A DNA stretch of 64,000 nt from a bacterium (GTDB lineage Bacteria; UBA8248): contig CBDCRP010000002.1 of assembly GCA_965221165.1 (NCBI GenBank), positions 1 through 64,000 of the forward strand, in the 5' to 3' direction. Under the pieces are notes generated by a model. The model searched no databases and was not told the origin of the DNA. It saw nothing but the letters and a program-made list of their open reading frames with translations. This document shows, one piece after another, positions 43,267 to 53,367 of the stretch (the stretch's first letter is position 1; each line of letters starts with the position of its first letter). The position numbers and the translations under genes were made by a program.

Positions 43267-44427
43267 TCAAGAATCAAACAGATAACGGCAGATGAGATTG
43301 CGGTGTATTTCGCTCGTGCCTTCCCCGAGAGTGAACACCCGGGCGTCACGCCAGAATAACCCCGCCGGAGTTTCGCCGATGTATCCATAGCCGCCATGAA
43401 TCTGTATGCCTCTGTCGCATACGCGAAGGCACGCCTCGGACGCGAAAAGTTTCGCCATGGCCACTTCTTCTTTGTTGTCCCCTCCTGCATCCCGGATTTT
43501 CGCCGCATGGACGACCATCTCCCGCGCAGTGGCGATGTCTATGGCGCTCTCGCCCATCATCCCGCGCAAACCGGCAAAATCGGACACGGGCTTGCCGAAC
43601 GCTTCCCGCTCCTTTGCATGGGATGCCGCCGCTTCGAGCGACGCCTGCGCTATCCCGACACACATCGCGCCCAGCACGACTCTCCCGTCATTTAGAACCT
43701 GCATTGCCTGCCGCAGACCGTCCCCCTCATCCCCGATGAGGCGGTCCACCGGAATTTCACAATTCTCAAAAAACACTTCTGCCGTGCCAGAGGAAAGCAT
43801 CCCGAGGTTTTGGGCGAGCGGGACGCTTCGACGCCCCGCATCTCCCTTTTCTACCGAAAACGCGCTGATTCCGTTCTTCTCCTCGGATGTGCGCGCAAAG
43901 ATGACCATGCTCTCAAAGTCCATCCCTTGCGTGACGAACATTTTCGCGCCGTTGATGACATAGGCGTCCCCTTGGCGCGCAGCCTCGCACTCCAGGGCTG
44001 CCGCATGACTGCCGGCCACCCGCTCGGTAATCGCCCATGCGCCTATCGCCCCTTCCGTGAGAGGGGGAATCCACCTTTGTTTCTGCGCATCCGTGCCGTA
44101 GTGCAACAAATGGCCCCCGCACAAGCCCGCCGATACGCTCAATGTGAGCGCAAAGCTCGGGTCGCCGCCGGCCAGTTCCTCCATAACAAGACATTCATTA
44201 AACAGCCCCAAGCCCCGGCCGCCCAGGTCTTCAGGTATCTTGACGCCGATGAATCCCCTCTCCACGGCCTCTTTGTAGAGACCGAAGGAGAACGCGGCGT
44301 CCCGGTCGCGCTCCAATGCGCCGGGAGCGAGCCGTTCGCGAGCAAACTCACGGGCCTCTTCCTGGAGGGTTAATTCCGTTTCCGTTAATTCCGTATGCGT
44401 TACAATTGGCAACTCATTATCCTCCAT
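43267..44427 (-). CDS. acyl-CoA dehydrogenase family protein
   Basis: AITERVAGS, INGAKMFVT, REAFGKP, QIHGGYGY and EGTSEI motifs. Confidence 0.93.
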   Translation of the reverse strand: MEDNELPIVTHTELTETELTLQEEAREFARERLAPGALERDRDAAFSFGLYKEAVERGFIGVKIPEDLGGRGLGLFNECLVMEELAGGDPSFALTLSVSAGLCGGHLLHYGTDAQKQRWIPPLTEGAIGAWAITERVAGSHAAALECEAARQGDAYVINGAKMFVTQGMDFESMVIFARTSEEKNGISAFSVEKGDAGRRSVPLAQNLGMLSSGTAEVFFENCEIPVDRLIGDEGDGLRQAMQVLNDGRVVLGAMCVGIAQASLEAAASHAKEREAFGKPVSDFAGLRGMMGESAIDIATAREMVVHAAKIRDAGGDNKEEVAMAKLFASEACLRVCDRGIQIHGGYGYIGETPAGLFWRDARVFTLGEGTSEIHRNLICRYLFDS

Positions 44428-45406
44428 GCGCCTGGAGTGCCGGTATAATTTCTTCGCCCAAAAGGGTCAATCTGTGCGGATTGACATCCAGATCGGGAAT
44501 GGTGACGAGTATGTGGTTCACGCCCGCTTTTGGATATTCCTTGAGGCGCGCAATGCAATCATCGGGCGTTCCATAGACGCTCCCCGATTCCGGAATGACG
44601 CTAAATTTCTCACGTGCCGCCCTGGCCACCGCCCTGTCCTTCTCGGGAATCACCATGACCATGAGAGAAGCTCTTATCGCGTCGGGGTCTCTTCCTGTTT
44701 TTTTGCATTCCGCTTCGATCACGGGTCTTTTCTCCAGAAACTGCGCAGGTGTCCACCAGCGGCAATTGTAGCCATCCGCCTGACGGGCCGAAACGCCGAG
44801 CAGTTTTTCCCCTTCGCCTCCCGTCCAAATCGGAGGGTGAGGCTTTTGAGCGGGAGACGGGTCGCAAACGCCGTTTTGAATTTGAAAATACCCGCCTTCG
44901 AAATGGGGAGCGGGTTCGGTCCACATCCCGCGTATCAACTGAATGGCCTCTTCAAGTTGTTTTATTCGTACGGAAGCGCTCGGATAGGGATACCCGAAAG
45001 AATGATATTCATTTTCAATCCAGCCCGCGCCAATCCCGAAGTCCACTCTGCCCTTGCTGATCACGTCGACCGTCGCGGCCGTCTTCGCCAGCATGGCCGG
45101 CGGCCGATATCCCACACACGTCACCAATGTGCCCAGACGCAGGGTTTCGGTATCTCGCGCGAGGGCGGCAAGGGTCGTCCAGGGCTCGAGAATCGCGGTA
45201 TCCTTGGATTGCTCTTCGTCATCCTGGCTGCCGAACCCCGTCTGGTTTCCATAGGAGGCGGGATCGAGCGTCACGAAGTGATCGCAATGCCAAAGAGAAT
45301 CGATGTCTATTTTCTCCGCCTCACGGGCGATTTCTCTCAACTTTTCATAGTCGCCGATATAAAAGCCTTTGAGCGTCAACGCTACGATGATGCCGACTTC
45401 CACCAT
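44417..45406 (-). CDS. LLM-class flavin/F420-dependent oxidoreductase
   Basis: WHCDHF, EPWTTLAALA, LAKTAATVDVISKGR, GIGAGW and PPIWTGG motifs. Confidence 0.9.
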   Translation of the reverse strand: MVEVGIIVALTLKGFYIGDYEKLREIAREAEKIDIDSLWHCDHFVTLDPASYGNQTGFGSQDDEEQSKDTAILEPWTTLAALARDTETLRLGTLVTCVGYRPPAMLAKTAATVDVISKGRVDFGIGAGWIENEYHSFGYPYPSASVRIKQLEEAIQLIRGMWTEPAPHFEGGYFQIQNGVCDPSPAQKPHPPIWTGGEGEKLLGVSARQADGYNCRWWTPAQFLEKRPVIEAECKKTGRDPDAIRASLMVMVIPEKDRAVARAAREKFSVIPESGSVYGTPDDCIARLKEYPKAGVNHILVTIPDLDVNPHRLTLLGEEIIPALQAHGG

Positions 45407-45525
45407 GATGTGCCTCTCATACATGTGAATACCAGAAACCTGTTTTGTGCTCTCACTTTATCAGTATTTCGGGCGAGAAACGAGCAAAATTGAATTTCTC
45501 CGCCTGGGCGACCTTATCCTGAAAT

Positions 45526-46407
45526 CTATTTGCCCAAAACAACCCCAGCGGCTCCCAGGACGGACAAAAAACCACCGATGACGACACGCCAGCCCACCGC
45601 CTCCTGTTTTCTGAAAAACACCCAGGACAAGAAAATAATGAGCAACACCGACAGGCGGTTGAGCGGAATAAGTTGAACGATGTCCCCTGTTTTAATGGAC
45701 GACCAGAAAAAAAAGGCGGCCATGGCGTTCAGGCATGAGCCAATCAAAACGGCCAGCAAACCCTTTTTATCCCACGATGTGGGTTTTCTCCCTTCAACGG
45801 AAAAAGGCAGAACGAACAGCATCGAAAAAAACGCCATCGTACTGCCGACCGTCATCCCTAAGGAGGCGGATTTTATTATCTGCAAACCGAATTTTCCGAA
45901 CAGGTGCGTCATCGCGAAGAGAATGGCCGTACCCAAAGGAGCCACGTAATAATACAAGGGGATGCGCCTTTGGATCTCGCCTTTTTCATACACCAGAAGA
46001 ATCGAGCCCATCATGATGGCCAGCGTCCCGACCGCGATGACCCACGTCATCTGCTCGCCTGCGAAAACCACCGCAAAGAGCGACGCCCACACGAGACTGG
46101 TCTGGGTGACGATCGAAGAACGCGCCAATCCCACCAGCTTCATGCCCACGAGACTCAGGTAACGGCCTATGAACGAGCCGGAAAGGCCCATCGCGGCGAA
46201 CCAGAGCAGGCCCCCGAGCGGCCACTCTTCCACCCCGCCTTCGAGGATATAAAAAACAGTACCCAAACACATCTGCACGGGGGCCATGATGACGTTCATC
46301 ACCACGGGACTCAGGCGCGCCACTCCGGCGCGGTAAAGCGTGCGGGCGGAGGCGATGAAACAAGCGGCAATGAGAGCCAGGATATTGGGATGGATGGAAT
46401 CAACCAA
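45526..46407 (-). CDS. EamA/DMT family transporter
   Basis: About 10 TM segments in two EamA repeats. Confidence 0.85.
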   Translation of the reverse strand: MVDSIHPNILALIAACFIASARTLYRAGVARLSPVVMNVIMAPVQMCLGTVFYILEGGVEEWPLGGLLWFAAMGLSGSFIGRYLSLVGMKLVGLARSSIVTQTSLVWASLFAVVFAGEQMTWVIAVGTLAIMMGSILLVYEKGEIQRRIPLYYYVAPLGTAILFAMTHLFGKFGLQIIKSASLGMTVGSTMAFFSMLFVLPFSVEGRKPTSWDKKGLLAVLIGSCLNAMAAFFFWSSIKTGDIVQLIPLNRLSVLLIIFLSWVFFRKQEAVGWRVVIGGFLSVLGAAGVVLGK

Positions 46408-46410
46408 CGC

Positions 46411-47298
46411 TTATCTTCCCGTCACGGTGGCGAAGGCGCCCAAAAGCGCGATCAACCCACCGAGGACGACGCGCCAGGTCACGTTTTCCTGCTGCCTGAA
46501 CAACAGCCAGGAGAGAAAGATGATCAACAAAACGGATAGACGGGTTAAGGGGATGACGCGGGTGATCTCGCCGAGTTTTACCGAGGTCCAGAAAAAGAAA
46601 ATACCGCAGCCCTGCAACCCGGCGCCCAGGAGAAGGACCATAAGGCCTTTTGTGTCACCACCCGCGCCCGGGTCTCTTTGCCCTTGCGTGAAGGGCAGCA
46701 TTCCCAACAGGAGCGTGAGAGAAGTCGTGTTGGCGACCGCCATCCCGAAAGCGGAAGATGAAATCCACTCGAACGCGAATTTTCCCACCAGATGCGCGAA
46801 TGCGTACAGCAGCGCGGAAGCAATGGGGATCGCATAGTAATGTAGTGGAATCTTACGGCCGACGTCTCCTTTGGGATTATAAACGAGCATGCTCGCCCCG
46901 CACATGACGCCCAGAATCCCAAGCGCCTTCTGAGGCGACATACTCTCGCCCAGTATGAAAACTGCCAGAACCGACGCCCACACCAGCACGGTCTGGTTCA
47001 TCACCGCCGCGCGCGCGAGGCCCGTATAGCGGATGGCGATGAAATTGATGTATCTACCCGCAAAACTTCCGAAAAAGCCCATCGCCATGAACCAGAGAAC
47101 GCCCTGGTAGGGCGTCTGATCGAACGACCCTTCCAACCAGTAAAAAAACCAGCCCATGGTCGTCGTCACGCAGGCCATAGTCAGATTGGCCGTGTGCATC
47201 TTCATGCGCGGTATCGCATAGCGCTGCGAAACACGTGCAAAGGCGATGAGCGCGGCACAGCAGAGCGCTAAAATGTTGGGATGGATGCCGTCAAGCAA
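46411..47298 (-). CDS. EamA/DMT family transporter (tandem paralog)
   Basis: About 10 TM segments; shares IHPNILAL and RLSVLLIIFLSW with its neighbour. Confidence 0.85.
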   Translation of the reverse strand: MLDGIHPNILALCCAALIAFARVSQRYAIPRMKMHTANLTMACVTTTMGWFFYWLEGSFDQTPYQGVLWFMAMGFFGSFAGRYINFIAIRYTGLARAAVMNQTVLVWASVLAVFILGESMSPQKALGILGVMCGASMLVYNPKGDVGRKIPLHYYAIPIASALLYAFAHLVGKFAFEWISSSAFGMAVANTTSLTLLLGMLPFTQGQRDPGAGGDTKGLMVLLLGAGLQGCGIFFFWTSVKLGEITRVIPLTRLSVLLIIFLSWLLFRQQENVTWRVVLGGLIALLGAFATVTGR

Positions 47299-47752
47299 AA
47301 CGTCGACCTTTTATGAAAAATTCATACTGCCATTAGCCATTCTCACCCTGAATGCGTCCGCACGCCCGAAAGCCCAACGCAAACAAGGCCTGTTCCCTGA
47401 GAAACGGATGCCGGATGCAATGAAAATGTCTTGCAGGGGACTTCAGGATATGGAGATGAAGGATTCCGCTCAAAAAATTTCCCAACAGGCAATATATGGA
47501 CGAGCGATTATGGCACGGAAAGAGTCTTTTTGGATAGGCTCATGCGCCGGGAAATGCATATACAGGCGGGTTCTCGTGGGTTGAAGCGCGGACTTGGGCC
47601 CTGCCCTATATCGAAGAGCCGGGTCCAATGGTTCGCAGGAGAGATGAAACGCGCGAAACCGCGTATATTTTCATTTCATATGAAAAAGATTTTAGACCTG
47701 CAACGGAATGCGCCCGAGACCCACGATAAATCAATATTTTAAGGGATGAAAC

Positions 47753-48169
47753 CTACATCTGATCCAAACTTTTATCGACCTCTTTGGGGCCTCTGTAACC
47801 CGGAAAATTCTCGACATAAGGGCAATCCTCCGGCAAACCGCCCATTTCGATGATTTCAGGCCCAATCGGCAGGCACATCGGCTCTTTTTCGAAACGCTCG
47901 GCGTATACGCGGCAGCGGTTCGTCTCGACTTCGAGTTGCGGACACGCGCTCGTCAGCAGGAGCAGCCTGTCTCCCTCCCACACCTTGTCGTAACAACACT
48001 TGCCACAGCCGGTGCAAAGCGCTTCCCACTCAGGCGTGTCCGCGGGAGGCAGGTTCTCATCCATCCACCTTTGGATTTCATCGATGCGGCGCTCTTTTTT
48101 CGTCTTGTACATCGGGATGACTTCGGGGCCGCCTTGTTTCCGGCGCTTGCGGCGAGGTGTTTTTGTCAT
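47753..48169 (-). CDS. YcgN/YkgJ family cysteine-cluster protein
   Basis: WEALCTGCGKCC, AC..L, RCRVY and LPEDCPY motifs. Confidence 0.85.
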   Translation of the reverse strand: MTKTPRRKRRKQGGPEVIPMYKTKKERRIDEIQRWMDENLPPADTPEWEALCTGCGKCCYDKVWEGDRLLLLTSACPQLEVETNRCRVYAERFEKEPMCLPIGPEIIEMGGLPEDCPYVENFPGYRGPKEVDKSLDQM

Positions 48170-48237
48170 TTGGCGCCCCGCGATTGTGTCGTGTTCACCC
48201 TACCGGCTCGATGGGATGGGCAACAAGCGCCATGAGT

Positions 48238-49020
48238 CTAGCGATCCTGGAAATTGGCGCGGCGTTTCTCTATGAACGCGCCAAGCCCTTCCTGTGAATC
48301 TTCCGTGCTGTTCACCAAAGCGAATTTTTCGGTCTCGAGCGTCAGACCCGCTTCGAGACCACCCTCCAGCCCGCCGTGTACGGCCTGCAAGATCAGTTCA
48401 ATCGCAGGCTTGCTCTTGGACGCCAGTTTCCCGGCCAGCGCCCTCGCCTCATCCATCAGTGCGTCCGGCTCGCAAACCTTGTTCACCAGACCGATGCGGT
48501 GGGCTTCCGCGGCGTTTACCGGATCGCCCGTCATCAGGATTTCCAGTGCGCGACCCGTTCCGACAAGGCGAGTAAGGCGCTGGGTGCCGCCGTAGCCTGG
48601 AATAATCCCCAGATTTATCTCCGGCTGGCCGAATAGCGCGTTCGTGGAAGCCAGCCGTATCGAGCACGCCATCGCCACCTCGCAGCCGCCGCCCAGTGCG
48701 AATCCGTTCACGGCCGCAATCGAAGGTTTTCCAATGGTTTCCAGCCCTCTCAGGATTTTCGTTCCGTGCTCGGAGAGCCACCTTGCGCTGAGGGGAGTCC
48801 TGCCCACCATGCCCTTGATGTCCGCCCCTGCGATGAAAGCCCGATCGCCCGAACCCGTTAATATCAATACTTTCAGATTGTTATCATCATGAAATTGTGA
48901 TATTAGATGAGCGAGTTCATTCATCGTCTCTGTATTCAAAGCGTTTAGCGCTTTAGGACGACTGAAGGTGCACGTGGCGACGGGGCCATCCGTTTCGTAT
49001 ATTAAATTGATATAGTTCAA
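48238..49020 (-). CDS. enoyl-CoA hydratase (crotonase family)
   Basis: AFIAGADI, AVNGFALGGGCE and PEINLGIIPGYGGTQRL motifs. Confidence 0.95.
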   Translation of the reverse strand: MNYINLIYETDGPVATCTFSRPKALNALNTETMNELAHLISQFHDDNNLKVLILTGSGDRAFIAGADIKGMVGRTPLSARWLSEHGTKILRGLETIGKPSIAAVNGFALGGGCEVAMACSIRLASTNALFGQPEINLGIIPGYGGTQRLTRLVGTGRALEILMTGDPVNAAEAHRIGLVNKVCEPDALMDEARALAGKLASKSKPAIELILQAVHGGLEGGLEAGLTLETEKFALVNSTEDSQEGLGAFIEKRRANFQDR

Positions 49021-49104
49021 TGCTTTAGCACCTTATATCTAAAGTCTATTTTTAGAGAGGGGAATTTTTCTGCCCTCCCCTTGTTATCGAACTTTTGTTA
49101 TCTT

Positions 49105-50301
49105 TTAACTTTCATCTCCATACGCCTCGACGATCACCGATAAACCCATGCCGCCGCCGATGCAGGCGCCCGCCAGGCCGTACTTCCCGCCCCGGCGTCT
49201 GAGTTCGTGCAGTATCGTGAGGGTGAGCCGCGCCCCGCTCGCGCCCACGGGGTGGCCGATGGCGATGGCGCCGCCGTTCACGTTCGTTTTCTCGCGGTCT
49301 AAGCCCAATTCTTTTTCCACCGCCAGGTACTGGGCGGAGAACGCCTCGTTTATCTCGATCAAATCCATGTCGTCGAGCTCGAGCCCCGCTTTTTTGAGCG
49401 CGATGCGGCTGCTCTCCGCCGGGCCGATTCCCATAATCTTGGGGTCACATCCAGAAACGCCCCAGGATACGAGCCGCCCGATGGGTTTTCGGCCCAGACG
49501 CTCCGCCGCCGCGCGCGAGGAAATCACCAAGGCCGCCGCCCCGTCGTTGATGCCGCTCGCGTTGCCCGCCGTCACCACGCCGCCCTCCTTGAAAGCGGGC
49601 CTGAGCCTCGCGAGCGATTCCTCGTTCGAATCCGCCCGGGGGTGCTCGTCGCGATCGAACGTAATCGTCTTCCTGCGCTCTTTCACCTCGACGGCGAAAC
49701 ATTCTTCCGCCAGCCGTCCGCTCTCCCATGCGTCGTGCGCGCGGGCCTGACTTAAAGCGGCGAACTCATCCACCGCCTCGCGGTGCAGGTCGTATTTATC
49801 CGCCAGATTCTCCGCCGTGATGCCCATCGGCACGTTGGCGTGCGTGTCGGTGAGCGCCGTATAGAGGGCGTCTTCCATCGGCGCCTGGAATAGCTTCATT
49901 CCGGTTCTCGAATTTCTGATGACGTGCGGCGTCAGGCTCATGTTCTCCGCCCCCACGGCGAGCACCACGTCGGCGTCTGCGGTCATGATCTCCTTCGCAC
50001 CGCTCACCACCGCCTGAAAGCCCGAGGCGCACATGCGGTTCACGCAGTAGCCGGGCTTCTCCAGCGGGACGCCCGCCGCCAGCGCGACGTGCCTGCCGAT
50101 GTAGACGCCGTCCGAGTTCGACTGGATGACGTTGCCCACCACGGTGTGGTCGATGTCTTGGGGAGTGACGCCTGCGCGCGTCATCGCCTCTTTCGCCGCC
50201 AGCGCGCCCAGCTCCGTGGCCGACATCTCCTTCAAGGTGCCCAGAAAAGCGCCGAACGGCGTTCTCGCCCCGCCCAGAAAAACGATATCCTTATCCGACA
50301 T
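49105..50301 (-). CDS. acetyl-CoA C-acyltransferase (thiolase)
   Basis: VNRMCASG, EINEAF, GGAIAIGHP and CIGGGMG motifs. Confidence 0.95.
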   Translation of the reverse strand: MSDKDIVFLGGARTPFGAFLGTLKEMSATELGALAAKEAMTRAGVTPQDIDHTVVGNVIQSNSDGVYIGRHVALAAGVPLEKPGYCVNRMCASGFQAVVSGAKEIMTADADVVLAVGAENMSLTPHVIRNSRTGMKLFQAPMEDALYTALTDTHANVPMGITAENLADKYDLHREAVDEFAALSQARAHDAWESGRLAEECFAVEVKERRKTITFDRDEHPRADSNEESLARLRPAFKEGGVVTAGNASGINDGAAALVISSRAAAERLGRKPIGRLVSWGVSGCDPKIMGIGPAESSRIALKKAGLELDDMDLIEINEAFSAQYLAVEKELGLDREKTNVNGGAIAIGHPVGASGARLTLTILHELRRRGGKYGLAGACIGGGMGLSVIVEAYGDES

Positions 50302-50439
50302 TCCCCTATTCCTCCTGGTTCAAATGTAAGGAAACCAAAAATTCCGTTTTTATCCTGCTTTGTGTCCTCAACATACCGCCAAGGCGAAGCGATGCGCAAG
50401 GGGGGTTGATGTGCGGGCGATCTGGAGGAATCGACTCCG

Positions 50440-51027
50440 CTAAAGTAGTTGATCGGGTGGCACCCGGAACACGCCTTTGATGCTGGAGGTGTTGCAGACG
50501 CATATCTGGATATGGGTTCTCGCGCGGAAACCGGCCCCTTCATATGCCGGCTCGCCTTCCACGAAGACCCCGCGCACGGTGTCTATGGGCTGATCTTCGT
50601 CATCTTCGCGAATTTGATGTAACTGCGTGAATACTGCGCAATCCAACTGACGACGAAGATAATTCGCATCCGATGAGTTTTCGGGGAGAACATTCCCTGT
50701 TTGTTCACAGTATGAAATATAAGTCTCGTGTGCGTCTTGAACCTGTTCAATGCCTGCCGACGTCGTCAAATCAAGACAGAGTCCGAGGTCGATGATCGCC
50801 CCGACAACCGCAGGGGTCGTTATATTGGAACCCCATGGGGCGTTCTGAAGTTCAACCGCGAATTCGAGTCCACGGAGCGGGTTGGCTTCCCAGAAATAGA
50901 TTCCGGGACCGAGCCAGTCGTAATCGTTTGCGCTTTTTTGAAACGGTTCGCCGGAGATAAGCCGCTCGGCGACGGATTGATCGCACCCGTGATACCCGAG
51001 CACGAAAGTCGTCGTCAGTCTGTGCAA
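50440..51027 (-). CDS. hypothetical protein with ADP-ribosyltransferase-like motifs (putative toxin)
   Basis: GYHG, WLGPGIYFWE and C-terminal THIQICV; the function is inferred. Confidence 0.7.
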   Translation of the reverse strand: MHRLTTTFVLGYHGCDQSVAERLISGEPFQKSANDYDWLGPGIYFWEANPLRGLEFAVELQNAPWGSNITTPAVVGAIIDLGLCLDLTTSAGIEQVQDAHETYISYCEQTGNVLPENSSDANYLRRQLDCAVFTQLHQIREDDEDQPIDTVRGVFVEGEPAYEGAGFRARTHIQICVCNTSSIKGVFRVPPDQLL

Positions 51028-51030
51028 TTT

Positions 51031-51234
51031 CTACCTGAATCGTTCGGTAAGTTGTCCGTCGGGCGTGTGGGTCCCCAACTTGACAAGAGCCTCCCTCGCG
51101 GTTTCTTTCGATTTCGTGACTTTCTTGAGATATGCCTTACACGCTTTTTTGAACCTGTCTGCGTCGGCTTGGTTCAGAACACCCGAGCGGTACACAATCA
51201 CTTTTTGTTCCGTCTTTTTCTTTTTCTTGCCCAT
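51031..51234 (-). CDS. small basic hypothetical protein (putative antitoxin/partner)
   Basis: 67 aa MGKKKKK...SKETAREALVKLGTHTPDGQLTERFR; its stop lies 3 nt before the next gene. Confidence 0.6.
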   Translation of the reverse strand: MGKKKKKTEQKVIVYRSGVLNQADADRFKKACKAYLKKVTKSKETAREALVKLGTHTPDGQLTERFR

Positions 51235-51397
51235 TCCGTCACCGTTTCTTACTTTGAGACGAATACGCCGAGGCGGAAAGCAGGAGTCCAGCATCAACTC
51301 GTGAGGTTCGATACCCCTCCTGGATCGTTCAACTCAAGAACCGAAGGTATACCCCATCGCATGATATGTCAATTTTTCGACTTTCTTGAAAGCTCCC

Positions 51398-52453
51398 CTA
51401 CATCCATGAGAGCGGCGTAGTAGCGTCGCCCCGGAGTCTTCTGGCGGCGTCTTTCGCGAAGTAGGTGAGGATGATGTCAGCACCTGCGCGCTTGATGGAG
51501 GTGAGCATTTCCATGAAGGCGCGCTCGGGGTCGAGCCACCCGTTGCGGCTCGCCGCCGCCAGCATGGCGAACTCGCCCGATACGTTATAGGCGGCGACGG
51601 GCAGGTCCATCATCTCCCGCGCTCTGGCGATGATGTCGAGATAGACGAGCGCGGGCTTCACCATGATGATGTCCGCTCCCTCTTCGATGTCGAAGGCTAT
51701 CTCGCGCATGGCTTCTCGCGCGTTGGCAGGGTCCATCTGGTAGGAACTCCTGTCGCCGAAGGCGGGCGCGCTTTCGGCCGCCTCGCGAAAGGGCCCGTAG
51801 TAGGCGCTCGAGTATTTCACCGAGTAGGCCATGATGGGCGTCTGCGCGAATCCCGCTGCGTCAAGTGCCGTGCGAATCGAACCGACGCGGCCATCCATCA
51901 TGTCCGATGGCGCGATGATGTCGGCCCCCGCCTCCGCGTGACTCACCGCCGTCTTGTCGATGAGTTCGAGCGTCTGGTCGTTCAATATCCTGTCGCCTTC
52001 GATGATGCCGCAATGGCCGTGATCCATGTATTCACAAAGGCAAACGTCCGTCACGACGCACAGGCCGGGATAGGCTTCCTTCAGCGCGCGCACCGCGTTC
52101 TGGACGACGCCGTCTTCCGCGTAGGCCTGGCTCGCGAGGTCGTCCTTGTGATCGGGAATGCCGAACAGGATGACGCCCGGTATGTCGAGAGCGGCGATTT
52201 CCGCGCAATCGGCCACGAGCCGGTCGACGGAGAGCTGGTATTGTCCGGGCATGGAGGAAATTTCCCGCTTTACGTTCTCACCCTCGACCACGAACATCGG
52301 GTAGATGAGATTATCGACCGAGAGCCTCGTCTCGCGCACCATGCGCCGCATGGCGGCCGTCTCCCGCGTGCGCCTCGTGCGATTTTTCACCTCGCTCCCG
52401 AGAGCCGAGAGGGCCGGACTGTCCTTGGTGGTTAGATCATAGGAATCTCGCAT
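51398..52453 (-). CDS. hemB: porphobilinogen synthase
   Basis: [33 protein letters not shown] and AYNVSGE motifs. Confidence 0.97.
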   Translation of the reverse strand: MRDSYDLTTKDSPALSALGSEVKNRTRRTRETAAMRRMVRETRLSVDNLIYPMFVVEGENVKREISSMPGQYQLSVDRLVADCAEIAALDIPGVILFGIPDHKDDLASQAYAEDGVVQNAVRALKEAYPGLCVVTDVCLCEYMDHGHCGIIEGDRILNDQTLELIDKTAVSHAEAGADIIAPSDMMDGRVGSIRTALDAAGFAQTPIMAYSVKYSSAYYGPFREAAESAPAFGDRSSYQMDPANAREAMREIAFDIEEGADIIMVKPALVYLDIIARAREMMDLPVAAYNVSGEFAMLAAASRNGWLDPERAFMEMLTSIKRAGADIILTYFAKDAARRLRGDATTPLSWM

Positions 52454-52506
52454 CAATTATAGGTTCCTTTCCCGGAGAAGCCAGAGAGTTAAATTGTCGT
52501 CAGGCA

Positions 52507-53367
52507 TCATGATATTTCATCCTCCATTTTCGGCGTATCGTTCGCCGTCTCCAGTTCCCGATAAAAAGAGACGATGGCTCTCGCCATGCCGGGAATCGTC
52601 GATTCGGCGGCCTCCACATCCGGCGCGACGCCCCATTTGCGCGCCGTGGCGGTGGTCGCAGGCCCGATGGAGGCCACGCGCGCGCGCGACATCCATCCCT
52701 TCGCCCTATCCTCGCCCGCCGCTCTCATGAAGCCATCGAGCGCGGAGGAACTCGTAAACGTCAGCATATCAATTTTTCCGGCCTCAAGCTCTACCCACGC
52801 CTCGCGCAACGCCTCACGCCCCAGAGGGGTCGTCCGGTAGACGGCCACGTCGTCCACGACGGCTCCCATTTCCGCGAGCGCCTTCGGGATGGCGTCGCGC
52901 GCCTCTTTCGCCCGGGGCAGCAAAACGCGCTCCCCCGCCATATCCCGGCCTTTGAACAGCGCGACGACGCCTTCGGCCACATATTTTTCGGCTACCATAT
53001 CGGGCGTTCTCCCCAAATACTCCTCCACTGCGGCGGCCGTGGCGGGTCCGACAGCAACAATCGAAATATCCATGGAAAGTAACTCTGTACCGACTCTCAG
53101 ATTTTCAAGCCTTTTCGCCAAAAACTTGGGTCCGTTCGCGCTCGTGAAAATTATCCACGTATACGAATCGAGCGCGCGAATCGCCGCATCCACCGGCGTC
53201 CAATCCTCTGGTTCCCGTATCTCGATGATCGGCGCGACCCGAACACACGCTCCCAGCTCGGCAAGCATCTCGCCCATGCGTGATGCCCCCTCCTCGGGGC
53301 GGGTGATGAGGATTCTTTTGCCCGTTAGCGGGCGCCCATCCCTGTCCTCGTTTTCGACCTCACTCAT
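52507..53367 (-). CDS. hemD: uroporphyrinogen-III synthase
   Basis: ILITRP, FTSANG, AVGPAT, FTSSS and SIGPAT motifs. Confidence 0.93.
   Translation of the reverse strand: MSEVENEDRDGRPLTGKRILITRPEEGASRMGEMLAELGACVRVAPIIEIREPEDWTPVDAAIRALDSYTWIIFTSANGPKFLAKRLENLRVGTELLSMDISIVAVGPATAAAVEEYLGRTPDMVAEKYVAEGVVALFKGRDMAGERVLLPRAKEARDAIPKALAEMGAVVDDVAVYRTTPLGREALREAWVELEAGKIDMLTFTSSSALDGFMRAAGEDRAKGWMSRARVASIGPATTATARKWGVAPDVEAAESTIPGMARAIVSFYRELETANDTPKMEDEIS

Noticed and set aside
47300-47750. ORFs 47246-47584 and 47431-47742
   Set aside because: They overlap each other, have no motifs and no convincing RBS; treated as intergenic.
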